Shown piece after piece: positions 1-14,329 of a stretch of DNA of 64,000 nt (position 1 is the stretch's first letter; every line of letters starts with the position of its first letter). Source of the DNA: Octopus vulgaris (Eukaryota); NCBI GenBank assembly GCA_951406725.2, contig OX597817.1, positions 69,440,001 to 69,504,000 on the forward strand, given 5' to 3'. Below the pieces are notes generated by a model that was not told where the DNA came from, searched no databases, and saw only the letters and a list, made by a program, of their open reading frames with translations. Position numbers and translations under genes: made by a program.

Positions 1-94
1 TATTTAATCTTTCTATAATATGTAATTTTTCTAAATGGTATAATTTAATTTTTCATTATTGAATTGATAGGTTGTTTTTTTTCTAATTTATATA
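1..94. repeat. One arm of an AT-rich fold-back element family (second copy at 38735-38997), running into (TA)n/(CA)n
   Basis: 1-94 closely matches 38908-38997 (tatttaatctttcta...tttcattattgaattgata...ttctaatttatata). Confidence 0.75.
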
Positions 95-323
95 AATATA
101 TATACACATATAAATATATATATATATACACACACACACATATATATATAGATACACACACACACATATATATATACACATACATATATACATACACATA
201 AATATACATATACACATACATATGTAAACACATATATATATACACATACATATATATATATATACATACATATATATATATATATATACACATACATATA
301 TATACACATATATACATACATAT

Positions 324-374
<51 letters not shown>

Positions 375-514
375 TACACATACATATATATACAAATACA
401 TATATATATATACATACATATATATATATACGCATACATATAAATATATATATACACAATATATATATATTATATATACACATGCATATATACACTATAT
501 ATATATATATATAT
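89..514. repeat. Compound (TA)n/(CA)n/(TACA)n microsatellite
   Basis: Direct inspection; the overlapping ORFs are YI/CV low-complexity artefacts. Confidence 0.95.
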
Positions 515-599
515 AACTCAAATCCATCAGTCACAAATGCCCATGGATGCACCAAAGTCTGGGGTAGAAGTCTGGGCAGAAAGTCACCTCACTGGCACA

Positions 600-868
600 A
601 CCTAGGGTTGCTTTTATGGAAGACCAGCAGTCTCCCATGTATAGCATCCACCCCTTTCCACGCCACCAATGTTATACAAGGGAAAGGCAAAGGCCAATAA
701 AGCTTGGCACCAGTGATGTCGCAACTCATTTCTACAAGTGAGTGAACTGGAGCAACGTGAAATAAAGTGGCTTGTTCAAGAACACAACATGTAGCCCGGT
801 CTGGGAATCGAACTCACTACCTCATGATTGTAAGCTTAATGCTCTAACCACTGAGCCATGTGCCTTCA
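600..868 (-). mobile_element. tRNA-derived SINE
   Basis: Minus strand starts gtgaaggcacaTGGCTCAGTGG (A box) ... GAGTTCGATTCC (B box), followed by a CORE-like segment. Confidence 0.75.
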
Positions 869-1539
869 CACACACACACACATACTCATATATATTTATA
901 TATTTCATATTAAGAAACTGGAGGTGACTTAACTACCTGAAGGTGTTTTCCTGGGAGTGGTTTTGTCACAACAAATATACATGTTTATATATACATATAT
1001 AAATGTGTGTAAGCATGTATGTACGTATATTAATAAATTTTCAATATCTGTATTTGCCTGACAAGGAAATTTATTAAATTTTCATTTATTTGTTTACTCA
1101 AACATTGCGGGTGGGGCTTTAGAAACCAGAGAATCCAATATTTCCCTAAGTTTATGATATTTCATCATTGATTTCTATGCATTTATTTATTTGTTCCTTC
1201 TACCATTTATATATTTGTTTTATTTATATGTATTTTTTAGTTTTCCAAGTGAAGTTATTTGGTCTATATTTTCAAATAACAAAGTAAAATGTCTAAAAAA
1301 AATTATAAGTTTCTTCTGATTCACTAATACATAAATCTAGTTGGAAAACCTGGTCTTTACTTGATCATATTCCTTGTTGTAATGAACACATAATGAGAAA
1401 ATAAATAAATAAGATATCGAAACAAAATATCACAGCAGAATGGTAGACATGTTATGTAAAGCAAAAAATTCTTGTCAGTTTTAACTGATATTAAAATATA
1501 TATTGAATTCCCTCCCACTCCAATTCAGCCATTAGTTTC

Positions 1540-1900
1540 ATTTCATTTTATTTTATAGAGTTTTTGTGTACAAAAACATGCCATCTATCTCCCCAGGTTG
1601 GCTAGTAGTTTAATTTTGTCATATTATGTAATTTTTGGATTCAAAACAACATATCTACCAACTCTCAGAATGAGCGATGGGTTTTGTTTTTTGGCAATTT
1701 ATGTATTTTGTGGATACAAAACAGGACATCTATCTACCCTAGTTGAACGGTGGTTTAATTTTTACTCAGTCTATGCAAATTTGGGATATGGGATATGAAA
1801 TATAATATCTACCCTACCCAAGGTGAACAGTAGTTTCATTTTGACAATTTACATCATCTGAGACAAAGATAATTAAACTACCCAGGGTATCAGAGATAAC
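1540..1900. repeat. Degenerate ~60-70 bp minisatellite (aatttatgtaatttttggatacaaaaca...atctacc); related units at 4240-4540 and 4920-5065
   Basis: Recurrent motif seen many times at similar spacing. Confidence 0.6.
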
Positions 1901-2499
1901 TTTACTAGGTGTTTTCTTTGGAGCAGCTTCAAAGTAACAACACATACACAAGACCAACTTTCCATACTCTGATGGACAAGAGCTTTTTATAATCCACACT
2001 AATTCATGAGACAGAAAAGTAGATTCTCGTGGTCACCAAACTAGTTTACAGGTACCTTGTACAGACCTGTACTTTGCACTGTGCTATATTAATATATTAC
2101 TAAACATAAGTTGGTAGCTGGCAGAATCAGTAAGCAAAATGTGTTGGCTTAAGGCCTTTCTAGAATATGGAAGAAGAAAGGCCCTTGCTACTCAGTTTCA
2201 ACAACAGGGGATTGATTCCCTCTTCCTATCGACTTCCAGTGACCCTGGAAGTTGATAGCCAAAGTGATCCTGAAATGCAAGCACGGTCCGAAGCACTCTA
2301 TTCTGGAGTTAAGGATGTTCCCCAGATCGAGGTTATATATGTATAATGAGTAATGCTTACTGCATTTTTGACTGAGAAAAATCTATTTTTTATAAATATT
2401 AACAACCTTACAAAAGCTATATTATTTTAGCAAACGACTTTCCCTAAAGACAGCCAAAACACTGTAACATTATTTAGGATTCTATTTCAGAAAATTATC

Positions 2500-3100
2500 T
2501 CCGTTCTCTTTGAGCATATAAAAGAAAACTGGGCAAAATAATTAAGACAATAAGGTAAATTTGCCTCTTCAATTCTATAGAGTTCCATACACACCAATAT
2601 CCATCCTTAGATATCAAAAAGATGAGAAGAGCAACAAAAATTAAACATATCTAGGTCAAATGAAAGAGGATTGTGGAAAAATGGCACACTTTATGAAATT
2701 AACAAACCTCAACTAAATCTTACTTCCTGATATATTCACTTACCATACAGCTAAAGAGAAGAAATTATTGAAATTAGTCATTACTTATTTTGCCCCAAAT
2801 TAGACATTTTTTTTCTTTTTTGTAATTTTTAATTATCAAATTAGACAGTAATGTGGCAGTAAAGTTGACTTGGAATTCAACAGAAAAAGAAATATTGATT
2901 GTTAAACACCAAAAATTATCCGGATATTTTATTAGCAACCTCAATTACATTCGGGTCAAAGTGGAGGAAACATTTCCTGAAAAAAGAAGTACCTATCACC
3001 TGATTATGTCCCAAACTCTCAACTTCAACAAGAACTACGCTGACCAATTTTTTACTTCTAAAGATGATGCAACAGTACAAAATGATAATGCAATACTTGA
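2500..3100 (+). pseudogene. Very decayed PLE RT/endonuclease remnant
   Basis: Patches translate as EHIKENWAK (cf. QYIKENWKR in the 21086-23521 ORF), PSLDI (cf. PFLDI) and a YI-GQSG-like stretch; many stops and indels. Confidence 0.3.
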
Positions 3101-3307
3101 AATGTAATAAATTTCAAGCAGATATATACGTATGCATACACACACACACATACATGCATACACATAAACACGCAGAGTACATACATATTTACAAACGTGC
3201 ACACATGCATCCATATATATATATATTCCATGGTAGCATGGGCCGGTCGAACCATCCAATCCATGCTAGCATGGAAAACGGACGTTAAACGATGATGACG
3301 ACAACGA

Positions 3308-3344
<37 letters not shown>

Positions 3345-3346
<2 letters not shown>

Positions 3347-3570
3347 AATAAATGTTTTTATATATAAAGAACGTGAAATACAGGAAGGGACGAACACGGA
3401 ACACAGACAAATCATTCGAAGCCTTCAATCTTCAGTCAGACACCGAATCATCATAGCAAATTTCGGCTGTTCAATTTTGATATTTGCTCCAACTCGGCCA
3501 GCCCCAAGAAAAAAACTAAGCTGTAAGCATTAGATTTCTTGGTAGAAGACAGGAATGTGAACGCACGAGA

Positions 3571-3572
<2 letters not shown>
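3345..3572 (-). mobile_element. (TA)n-flanked pLTR-like repeat family (other copies 17730-17990 + and 30812-31086 inverted pair)
   Basis: Shared blocks aatctaatgct...agcttagtttt...ttggggctggcc and ctgaaga...gaatga across copies; (TA)n on both sides. Confidence 0.6.
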
Positions 3573-3605
<33 letters not shown>

Positions 3606-5501
3606 CACACATACATACATACATACACACATATGTATGCATATATGTATGCACCCGAGCACTAACGCACACAACAAAAAACGTAATTCTAATAACGGAC
3701 AGAGTCAACGACTATTAAAAGGGTTGCGAGTGGCAACGATCATTTTAGTAAAAATGTATAAGTAAATAAGTGGAAATCGGTGTGTTAAATCAATAAGGCA
3801 CTAAAACAGAATGACTCTCCCCAAACAATAAAATATGCTTAAACACACTAATTCCCATAAAGAATCTTGCAAACTAAATACAAAAACGAAATAAACAGAA
3901 AACAAAAAAAAAATCGGTAATTACTGATTTTGCCCCAGTTACTAATTTTGTCCTCCACCTTCAGTCCTAGTAATCATGAGCTGGCTACCCAGCTTCGATA
4001 GTAAGTGATCAAGATCACAACAGGATACCGGTCCACTACAGCAATCTTTGAGGAGTGGGCGGGGGTACAAATTGATTACATTTACCTCAGTACTTGGCTG
4101 ATACTGCATTTTATGAACCCCAAGTGGATAAAAGCCAAAGCTGACTTGGATGGGATTTGAATTCAGCATATAAAAATCTGGGAGAAATATCACTAATCAT
4201 TTTGTTCAGTGTACTAACAGTTCTGCCAGCTCATTTTAGCAATTTAAATTATTTTTAGATACAAAATGTCTGTCTGCCCCCAAGTAGCCAGTGATTTCAT
4301 TTTGGCAATTTGTGTAAATTGTGAATACAAAACAGTTATACCAACCCGTAAGTGAATAACTTTAATTTCATTAATTTATGTAGTTCTTGCATACAAAGTA
4401 CATCTATTTTCCCTGGATGAAAACACAGTTTCATTTGTAAATTTATTTAATCCTTAGACACAAAGCATAATGGCTATCTACTCTTCATCTATCAATTTAT
4501 TTAATTCTTGGATTCAAAGCATGACAGTTATCTACTGCTTCACTCAGTTTCAATTGAACTATAGGCCATTCCTGTATTTGAGAAGGACATGAATGTCACA
4601 CAATCTAAAACCTTAAAACCAGTACACACGCACGAACGATGTCATAAATAACAGTGACAAATGAAAAATACACCGCCGATAGTTGTTGTTGACAAACAAC
4701 AGCAGTAATTTTATTCAGCTGAATACACGTCATTGATTGGTTGAAATTACCGAAATAGGACTACTTTAATGTGAAATAACTTCGTAAATATAAGTTTTTC
4801 TCAAAAATGCTAAGAGTAAAACATGTTTTATACAACATATTCTACCAGTTTGAAAGTGTTTAGTTACAAAAAATTATTTTTAAATCTGTAGGTCAAAAAG
4901 GTGAAGATCCGATGTCAGTTTTATTTCGTCAATTTGTGAATTCCTGGAAACAAAATATATCTACCTACTCTGGTGTTGACATTTTATCAATTTATGTAAT
5001 TTTTGGATCCAGATATGACACCTAACTACCTCTGATGGATTGCAATTTTGTCAATTTATTTAATTTTGTTGGTCTTCTTTAAGCTGAAGAGTCTGTGGTT
5101 ATTGGGAGATTTGACTGCCATTTCTAGCAGACCACTATATGTTCAAGTGATGCTCTTTTTACAAACTATAGAGTGAAACCAATGATATAGTCAAAATATT
5201 TAACATCATTAAACATTTTGAAGAGCTATAAATTTATGAAAGTGAAGGATCACCAGTTTAATGCATTGAAATAAAAATTGAAATGTCCACCACTCCCGCT
5301 GGCAGAAATTATTCATCGAAATTTTTTCTTTTTATTATTTCAAAACCCAACACAGAAAAATAATACTCATTTATGCAAACAATATTCTGTATGACAAACA
5401 AGCTGGTCACTACGCAGCATAATAGATTCTTCTAGCTTAAGTTTGACTAAGTGAAAGTGGCACATTAAATACAAAGACCAACCGTTGTTATCCAACTAAT
5501 G

Positions 5502-5940
5502 CAAGGGTCCCCAAATAACAAACTGCGGACCAGTACCCGTCTGTGGTTCATTTGGTACCGAGCAGCACAGAAAGAATAAATTTTAACATTTTCTTTCTAT
5601 TTTATGCAGGGTGTTTTATCTTCAAAAATTACTATTCCATCCATCTCCTTCCCAAACTGTTCTAAGTCACAGTATTTTTCCTGCACTGATAAATTAAGTT
5701 CACAAACTAACTGTAACATAGCAAAAGTGCTATTTTTGTTTTAATTCTAGAAAAATATAGTGCCTTCTTGTGTTCACTCATAAACAATTTATTGCATATT
5801 TTGTACAAAACTGAATTTTTTAAGTACGTTTTCTTAGAGTGAGAACTGAGTAATGCTACAGTAATCCCAGAAAAAAATAAGGAAAAATTTTTTTTAAATG
5901 CTGGAAAGCTTCTTTGAAAAGAAAGGGAACAAGCTCAGAA
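5502..5940 (+). mobile_element. hAT/Charlie-like DNA transposon 5' fragment
   Basis: caagggtcccca terminus followed by gcggaccagtacc...ggtaccg subterminal motifs typical of Charlie-like ends. Confidence 0.55.
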
Positions 5941-6144
5941 CCCCTATTGATTCTGCATTTTGGTGAGATGTATTATATACTTCACAATGTTTACGTTCTG
6001 GGTTCAAATTCCATGGAGATCGACTTTACCTTTCATTCTATTGGGGTCAATAAATAAGCACCAGTTGAGTTCTAGGGTCGATGTAATTGACTAGTCTCCT
6101 CCCGCAAAAGTTGAGGCTCTGTACCTACAGTACAAAGAATATAT

Positions 6145-6267
6145 GGCAGAGGTAAAGAATACGTATACCACTGGTTTTCGACGTAACAAAAACCCTAACT
6201 GTAAAACTAACCCTAAACCCTAAACTCAACCCCTAACCACCGGATGTACGTATTCTTTACCTTTGCC
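6145..6267. mobile_element. Small MITE with ~22-bp TIRs and internal CCCTAA-like repeats (Merlin-like)
   Basis: ggcagaggtaaagaatacgtata / tgtacgtattctttacctttgcc inverted; interior accctaactgt...accctaaaccctaaa...ccctaacc. Confidence 0.75.
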
Positions 6268-6754
6268 ACACATATTTATTACAATGTAATAATTGGAGAA
6301 ATAAAGTGCATAATACACAGTGTTTAACTATGAGGTTATGAAGTGTCTTGGTTTACTTTGGAAAATGTTGCATACCATTTTACAAGTGCTGCGTGTTAAT
6401 TCGTGGAAATAATACAAGAAATAAACTTTAAAATAACAGCAAATCTTCATTCTTCTGCTAAATTATATGCAGTGGACCAAATAACACATCACGAATTCTG
6501 TTGGTTGTATAGCTCATTCATCGTTACGATAATTCAACTCTGGCCATCGTTGGTTATAAGTGCTTCGTTATATCAACAGAAAAATATCATAACGCCCTGA
6601 GCAAATCTTACACCCACCTTTCTATCTCTTCTTTCACCTCCCTAGTCATAATGATGTTTTAATAACGCTATTTATAAACAAAAAGGGGCTCACAGCGATA
6701 GTTGAAATTAATTGTTTGAGGATGTATTACGCACAGCATGATTAGACCCGTGAT

Positions 6755-7450
6755 CAGTGGCGGATCTACTATAAAACTAATGAAGCTTAAGCTTCAGGGC
6801 TCCCAATCCAAGAGTGGCCTCTCTGAAACAACTTCATTTTTTCATTCTGACGATGTTTTTGTTTTTTGTACTTTGCCATGCAGATTACTGTTACCAGTCT
6901 TAGTGGACACTGTCATCTCATACTCCCAAGCAGAGACTAGACACGTAGTATCTAACTGCTGTTTCTGCTGGTGTGGAGTAATATAAAAAATAAAATTACA
7001 AATAACTCGCAGATAATTCACTTTTCTTGAATTATTTTGGAAACTTCATCCCTGCCTCTCCCATCATCAAATATGTCTACTCCGAATTCTTATTTTCTCA
7101 ATAGGACACCATTATTTAATGACCAATGAAAGGGTCTGTCTCCTAATTTTGGACTTACAATCCGTTCAGTAACAAAGCATTTTTTCTACTTTAACAATTG
7201 CTTGAATATCACCTTGTATAAAATGAACAATTCTTCATTTATGACTTATTAAGTTTTGGACCATTATCTTGATTGATATCTGTCTTTGCTATGGCTAATG
7301 AAAATATTACCCCTTTTTTTTTTTTTTTTTTTTTTTCACAGAGGTGTAGACCACAAGAAGAATAGCAATGTCTTCCAAAAAGTGCTTAAGTGGATGCCAA
7401 CTCAAAGAAAAGCAATCTAACGAAATTTATAAATGTCAACTATCAAATTA
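6755..7450 (+). mobile_element. hAT (Tip100-like) 5' fragment
   Basis: cagtggcggatct terminus; MSSKKCLSGCQ-like transposase start near 7368 after a poly-T splice-acceptor-like tract. Confidence 0.45.
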
Positions 7451-7990
7451 TTTTACAATGTCAAGCAAAAGTTTGTCATCGCCTGAAACTGAAACAAGCC
7501 ACGCAAGCAACCAGTAATGCACAAACCATGAATGCTCTGTTAATACATTTGCTTACTTGTAGCTGACAGAGCGACTAGGTGAAAACCTTCCACATACTCG
7601 GTCATTTCAAGAATATGTTTTCAAACCGCTATGGTGGTAAAGTCTTAGAATCGTTACCGCTGTTGATAAAATGGGATCTTTATTACGATCATGGCGATCT
7701 TATATAGAACGGGACAGTACAGGACAAACAAAAGACAAATATGTTACATGAGTTCGAATGATTTAAATATTAAAAATTTACTTACAAAGTATTTTATATA
7801 CCGATTCAATTTTCCTTTAACTAGAACTTTTTAAAAATAAAACTAAATCAAAAAGAAAAACGAACAAAAAGGTTAAAGGATCGAACCCGGCAGCCTATAA
7901 AAGCTCAGCAACGATCTTTTCCTTTCGTCAATGATTAGGCTGGGTTACTGACACCCACCTTTCTCATCACAACCTTCCATCATTTCTCGT

Positions 7991-8191
7991 GGATGGAAGC
8001 ACTCCGTCGGTTACGACGACGAGGGTTCCGGTTGATCCGAATCAACGGAACAGCCTGCTCGTGAAATTAACGTGTAAGTGGCTGAGCACTCCACAGACAT
8101 GTGTACCCTTAACGTAGTTCTTGGGGATATTCAGCGTGACACAGAGTGACAAGGCCGGCCCTTTGAAATACAGGTACAACAGAAACAGGAA

Positions 8192-8236
<45 letters not shown>

Positions 8237-8388
8237 GTGGTGAAAGAGTACAGCAGGGATCACCACCATCCCCTGCCGGAGCCTCGTGGAGCTTTTAGGT
8301 GTTTTCGCTCAATAAACACTCACAACGCCCGGTCTGGATATTGAAACCGCGAGTCCGCTGCCCTAACCACTGGGCCATTGCGCCTCCA
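7991..8388 (-). mobile_element. tRNA-derived SINE (octopus OK-SINE-like) with 13-bp TSD
   Basis: Minus-strand head tggaggcgcaaTGGCCCAGTGG; TSD catcatttctcgt at 7978-7990 and 8389-8401; near-identical copy at 38067-38453. Confidence 0.9.
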
Positions 8389-9400
8389 CATCATTTCTCG
8401 TATTCTCTCGGTGGCAGGGTCCTCCTCTCCAACCCCATCTTGCTCTTCCGCTTTTGATAAAATGCTTAGTGGCAGTTTTTTTTCTAGTTCTGTACGTTCT
8501 GAGTTCAAATGTCACTGAGGTGCAATTTGCCTTTCTTCTTTTCTTACTGGCACTATAATAGAGTAGCCACCTCCCCAATAAAATTTCAAGCCTTGTGCCT
8601 ATTGTTGAAAGGGTTACTTCAAAACGTTTATCTACTCATCAATCGATTTAAGAATCATTTATAAAATTTATTTTACCAAAATCATCAGATGAAATATATA
8701 TATCTTTTTTTTCCTTTTTTGAAAATTTATTACTAGCAAGTTCAAACTATCTCCTAAAACAAAGCAAAAAGACATTTTAAATTTATTATAAATAAATACA
8801 TTTAAAATGAATTAATTTCTTTGTTTTTTCACCGGATCAACATTCCAATTTATGATACAATAACAGTCTGTTGAAAACTATTGTAAATATAATTAATCTA
8901 TGGTTTTTCCCTTCTTTTATCGATAGAATAAATTGAATGGCTTTAAAGTTGATTTACACTCAACATATTTTTTTTGTATTTTATTTTAATAAAGCAATTA
9001 AAGTTTATAACCCCGTAACAACTTCTCACCAATGTACGGTTTTAAGCAACCACCGATCGGGGTAGATTAGTTTAAATAAATGTCTTCTTTATTGCTTGGT
9101 TACGTTTCACCTTATTGATTACATTCAGAATTATATATTCAGATTTTCTCCGCTCATTAGTTTTTTACTGTTTAACAGTTTAGTCTATTATAAAACCTTC
9201 AATTCTTTATTTTTTTTTTTTTTTACCAGATCGCACCTAAATTATAATATTGTTAAACAAAAACAATATTTGAGTTTATATAAATTACACAGCGGAAAAA
9301 GTATTTAAAGATCATACAAAAATTGGGCAAAATGCTGTTAGTAAACCACCTCAAAAAACAACCAGTTCGTGTACACATGTACAACTGTACAAACAAATAC

Positions 9401-9797
9401 CTATTTCTTTACTACCCACAAGGGGCTAAACACAGAGGGGACAAACAAGGACAGACAAACGGATTAAGTCGATTATATATCGACCCCAGTGCGTAACTGG
9501 TACTTAATTTATCGACCCCGAAAGGATGAAAGGTAAAGTCGACCTCGGCGGAATTGGAACTCAGAACGTAGTGGCAGATGAAATACCTATTTCTTTACTA
9601 CCCACAAGGAGCTAAACATAGAGGGGACAAACGGATTAAGTCGATTATATCGACTCCAGTGCGTAACTGGTACTTATTTAATCGACCCCGAAAGGATGAA
9701 AGGCAAAGTCGACCTCGGCGGAATTTGAACTCAGAACGTAACGGCAGACGAAATACTGCAAAGCATCGTGCTAACGATTCTGCCAGCTCGCCGCCTT
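9401..9797 (-). mobile_element. CORE-type SINE with tandem duplication of its 3' portion
   Basis: Head ggcggcgagctggcagaatcg, B box gagttcaaattcc, CORE-like gcctttcatcctttcggggtcga; 9401-9580 repeats 9585-9755; flanking TSD tacaaacaaata. Older copies at ~4030-4230, 5990-6140, 8455-8610, 13580-13790, 14340-14550. Confidence 0.85.
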
Positions 9798-11881
9798 AGC
9801 TTTACAAACAAATATCTTATAACTTGTAGGTTGTTGAACCACGGGAGGACCATAAGTCTGTAGCAGAGTTTTTTCTTGGTGTCAGCTGGAAGATTTCTCT
9901 TAGTAGTTAGTATAAAAAATACTGAACATACACGTAATGTCACGATAAGTTGTAAGGTGTTTACTATCTGTAATGACTGATTGAAACTTTTGTTTGACTT
10001 GAAAAGAATTGAATAAAAGGATTTTTTTCACACATGTGTAATACCATCCTATATAAATCATGCACTATTGATTAATAACTCATTTGAAATATCTTCTGTT
10101 CTATTACATTGTTTATAGTATTTGATTAAAACGTGACTTTTCCGGCTCACACATGCAGACGGCAGGTTTTCAGTTTTCATCTACCCAAAATGCTATATCG
10201 GGCCGAACCTGAAAATACGTATTCACAGAGCGAAGTTCTTAACCACAAAACTATGCTTGCCTCTCAAATGTCTTTTTCTTCTTTTCTCTTGAAGCAGACA
10301 TTTATAGTTTCAGGTGTCCAAACTTTTCACTGAATTGGTTTATAATTTTGTACATGTTTCTGTTTTATTTTTTTTTTTTTTTAGGAATATTATTTCCCGC
10401 TGAAAATAAAATTCAATTGTATTTTTTTTTAAATAAAGGTTTATTTGTATTAATTTATTCTCATTAGTTTTATTTTCTTAACCTTTATATTTTATTTTCA
10501 TTTAAAAAGCAAAATAAATTAATGTATCACTGACGTAGAGGAAAATTTGCTGATATCAGTTTAGCTGACTACATGAAGAGGCTCCCTTCGTTAATTTGCT
10601 AATTTTATTGTACTGATGCCACGGATAAATATTCATTAGTTTTTAAAGCAAAACATAAAATGTTATCTTAATTCTCCTTACAATGATAACTAACAAACAA
10701 TCTTAAAGCAAAAAATTACACTATTCAGCGCTAATGAAGTTTTACACTTCACCCTGAAAATTAACTGTTTTGGCTATGAGCCAAAGAAGGAAACTTCGAA
10801 CTTGTCGCTCAGTCTGCTAGAAATAAGCGTAAAATTTCCCCAGCCATCATAAATAAATAAGAACGCATTGGATAATATACTTTTAGATATATTATGTATG
10901 AAAATAGCACCATTATTCAACTTGAGTTAAACAACCTGCTAAACAGTTTCTACTTGGTTATACTAAATAATTTCAGGATGTTGAGAGATGAGCGATGCAG
11001 ATATTAGTAATGCGATTCGGAGAAAGAACAGAATGGAACCTGGTAACAATGAAAAAGATGGCGAAAATTACGATTGCATGTGATGAGGGGCGCATGCAGC
11101 CATTCATAACCCCATTATTTGTATAATCATCTCATCATATTCGTTCTATGTATTGTCCCCTCTGTGGTGTCCTGTCTGTCCTTGTTTGTCCCCCTCTATG
11201 TTTGGGCCATTGTGGCTAATAAAGAAACCGAAAATTGCGATATTTAGGGCGCATTACCACAGCCTAGAACTGTGGTTGCATTCTCGGGGACCGGGTAGAC
11301 GGAAAACAGGATCGTGGCTGACAAATACAAAGATGGAGGGATGACATCGAGGACTGGCTTGGGAGATGGAGATTTAGATAATACTTCTTGCTTAGAAAAG
11401 ATCCCATTTGCATTTTTTTTTATTCATGTCAGCTTTGTTTCTCTATTGTTCGTTATGTCTTCCCGTTACACACCATAAGCCGTCCGACTTACATCTGATT
11501 CATTCGCATGTCTCTTTCCACTTTCACAATCCTGAACTGAGCTGTGGTTATAACCACAGTTCAACCTAAGCAGACCAATGATTTAAAGCGATTCATTCTA
11601 CGAGCATCCTTTCTTTTTCTTTTATTGCATTGAACTCGTATCTTATTCTACATTATTCAATGTGTTCCTCTTCTCAAGACTGTAGGGTGTCATATGAGGG
11701 AAATCTGACTGTTATTTCTAGGAAACTGTGCTACCATGTAAAGCCTCCCTCGTTAGCTCGCTTACCAGCACAACCATAGGCGGAGAGTTGGTAGAGTCAT
11801 TAGAGCTTTGGATAAAAGACACTGCGGCTAGTTGAAAGCACTTTCTGTCTTTCTTATACACACGCACGCACACACACACAC

Positions 11882-11955
<74 letters not shown>

Positions 11956-12410
11956 TAGATAGATAGATAGAAGAGATCAGCTTGGCAAAGCTGGATGTGC
12001 TCCTCTTGGTTTAACCAGGTAAAGCAGGCCCGTCGCCAGATTTTGGTGCCTTGGAATGCTTCAGAACATTCTGAGTAGACACTAATTTGTATTGCGGGAA
12101 GATTTTTCTAAACTAGATTTTCAAAGTCTGCGGGTGCAGCATTAGTGAGGGGACAGTGCTGTGCAGTGGACCTCCTCAGTGACGGGCATGGTGTCAAAGA
12201 TAGATCGTCTATTACGACGGCATCTCTACAACATCAGACGCAAAAGTCACAACTACCACCAGCATTTGTATGAACGAACGGGGAAATCTCAACACAGTCG
12301 TTCAATCTGCTAGAAATAGCACACAAATTCCTTCAATAACCTGACTGCCATCAAAAATGAGACATTGTATAATGCACGCCTTAGTACATTATATCTAGGT
12401 AAATGACGCC

Positions 12411-12818
12411 GGCGGACGTAAGGAATGTGGACCCCCTTAGGGGTTTCTTTTTTACAGAAACCCCCATTTTCGAGTACGGAGATTGATTCTGCAAAAAAAA
12501 AACCCCGCATTTTAAAATTTTAATTCCCTCCATCCCATAACAGTTAGTTTTAGAGTTGGAGGCTGGGGGTTATTATATTTTTAAAATTGAAATTTTACAA
12601 TTTTTTTATCTTTTTTTTTTTTCTTCAGAATCATAATTTCCGTATTTTTCTACGTATTTCACAAAAGCAAATTCTGGAAAAAGTGAAAATTGAAGAATTG
12701 GGGGGAGGGGAGATTGAAATTTTTAAATGACTTTTTTTTCTTTTTTTTTTTTTTGCAGAATCAGAACCTCCTTACTCAAAAATGAAAGGGGGTGTGGTCT
12801 ACATTCTTTACGTCCGCC
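12411..12818. mobile_element. MITE with long imperfect TIRs and 9-bp TSD (Merlin-like)
   Basis: ggcggacgtaaggaatgtggacc / ggtctacattctttacgtccgcc; TSD aatgacgcc (12402-12410) vs aatgactcc (12819-12827); GG termini. Confidence 0.8.
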
Positions 12819-13193
12819 AATGACTCCATCGTCACGGATAGCTTGGAAGGCATTTCATCCAGCGTCACCTGTTTTAGAGCTAAGCAATTGCTATAGCTGC
12901 ATTCAAGTACTGGGTCCGAAAGAGTCGACTAACGCCCAGCTCCGTCGCGTGACTTTTAGAGGCCTCTTGCAACTTTTTGTTTCGAGGTCCTATCCCTTCA
13001 CTCAAAATTCATTTTCTACGCACCTTTTATTCATAGCTATAATTTACTTTATTCCATCTGAAATTCAATATTTCACGTTATCCTAAAGAACACCTTTAAA
13101 AGTACAGCAAGTTAAATTTATTTAGATCTATTACAAATTTGAATAAAACTTCCAGATGTGAATAAAAGAGTACTCTTATAATCCAGGCAACTT

Positions 13194-13310
13194 TCAAAGA
13201 TAAACTCGGCGCACTTTTCCCTTCTCGAAATCATCGATCAGTTCAGAATAATCAAGCTGAGACCTAAGTTCGTGTTCAGTAGATATCGTAGACAATCCAC
13301 TAAGTCTGGT
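13194..13310 (-). pseudogene. hAT transposase C-terminal dimerisation-domain remnant
   Basis: Minus strand translates RLSGLSTISTEHELRSQLDYSELIDDFEKGKVRRVYL*. Confidence 0.7.
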
Positions 13311-13802
13311 ACACGTTCGTGGTACAATGTTATATTTTTACAAGAACTTTTGCAGGTACAATGTATTAAGATTTTATTTCTTTAAATTTTCAGTTAACGT
13401 AGATAGTTAAATTCTTGTTCAACATCTTAGCCAAACTAAATAGATGATTCATCTACGTACTTTGATCGTAACATGGGTTTGCGGGGGCTGCACGGGCTTG
13501 GCGACGACCCTGCTAACACCCTATCCTTAAGGTTTCTAGCCTTGTGCCTAAATGAGAAACCATAGCTATCTATGATTTCAAGGCGGCGAGTTTGTAAAAT
13601 CGTTCGTAAAATGGACCAAATCTTTAGTGGCATTTCATCTGTCTTTACGTTCTGAATTCTAATGTTGCTGGAACCGACTTTGCCTTTCATCCTTTCGGAG
13701 TCGATAAAATGAAGTACTAGTTAAGCATTTGAGTTCATGTAATCGACTAGCTCCCACCCCAAAAATCTCAGGCCTTTGTGTCTATAGTAGAATGGTTTGT
13801 TT

Positions 13803-14329
13803 TCTATATCTATAAAAGGCAGGATGTGTGTGTGTACGTGAATGTACTTTATGCATATCCACATATTAGCACGCATGTCGCTCCAATTTTAGGAGAACAT
13901 TGGTCACGATCATGGCTGTGCTTTTGTCAACATATTTTTCCTGAGGCACCTCCGGATAGCGGTAAAAATAGCTTTTCAACCATAACTTTTACCAATTTTC
14001 ACGTCGGTGAAATCCGAAAGTTTGCTAACATGAGTTAAGTCCCCTGTCTTATAGATTAAGTCACACTACTACAATGTCACCGAAAGAAAAATAGATTTGG
14101 ACTAACTAAGCAATCTCAGCGTAGGAAAAGAGAAAGAGCTGAAGAGACTGATTATCAGCAGACTCATTAGTAAAATATTATAAGTTTTGGGGCCGAAACC
14201 TGGCAATAAGAGTTTGTGGATATTCTGCTACAAAATATTTGATAATATCGAAACAGTAACTTTCATAAACCAGGGTATAAATTTTGAAAACTCTTTCTGA
14301 ACCCAGTCAACGACGGGTATTTCAGCTAG
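13803..14329 (+). mobile_element. Non-autonomous Helitron
   Basis: 5' TCtatatctataaaa; 3' hairpin acccagtcaacgacgggt followed by CTAG then T. Confidence 0.75.

Noticed and set aside
45-555. Many ORFs rich in YI, CV, HT, LS or poly-M/I/S throughout the window
   Set aside because: Translations of microsatellites open in several frames; no domain, codon or splice evidence.
6190-6240. Telomere remnant or chromosome fusion site
   Set aside because: A few degenerate units enclosed within MITE TIRs.
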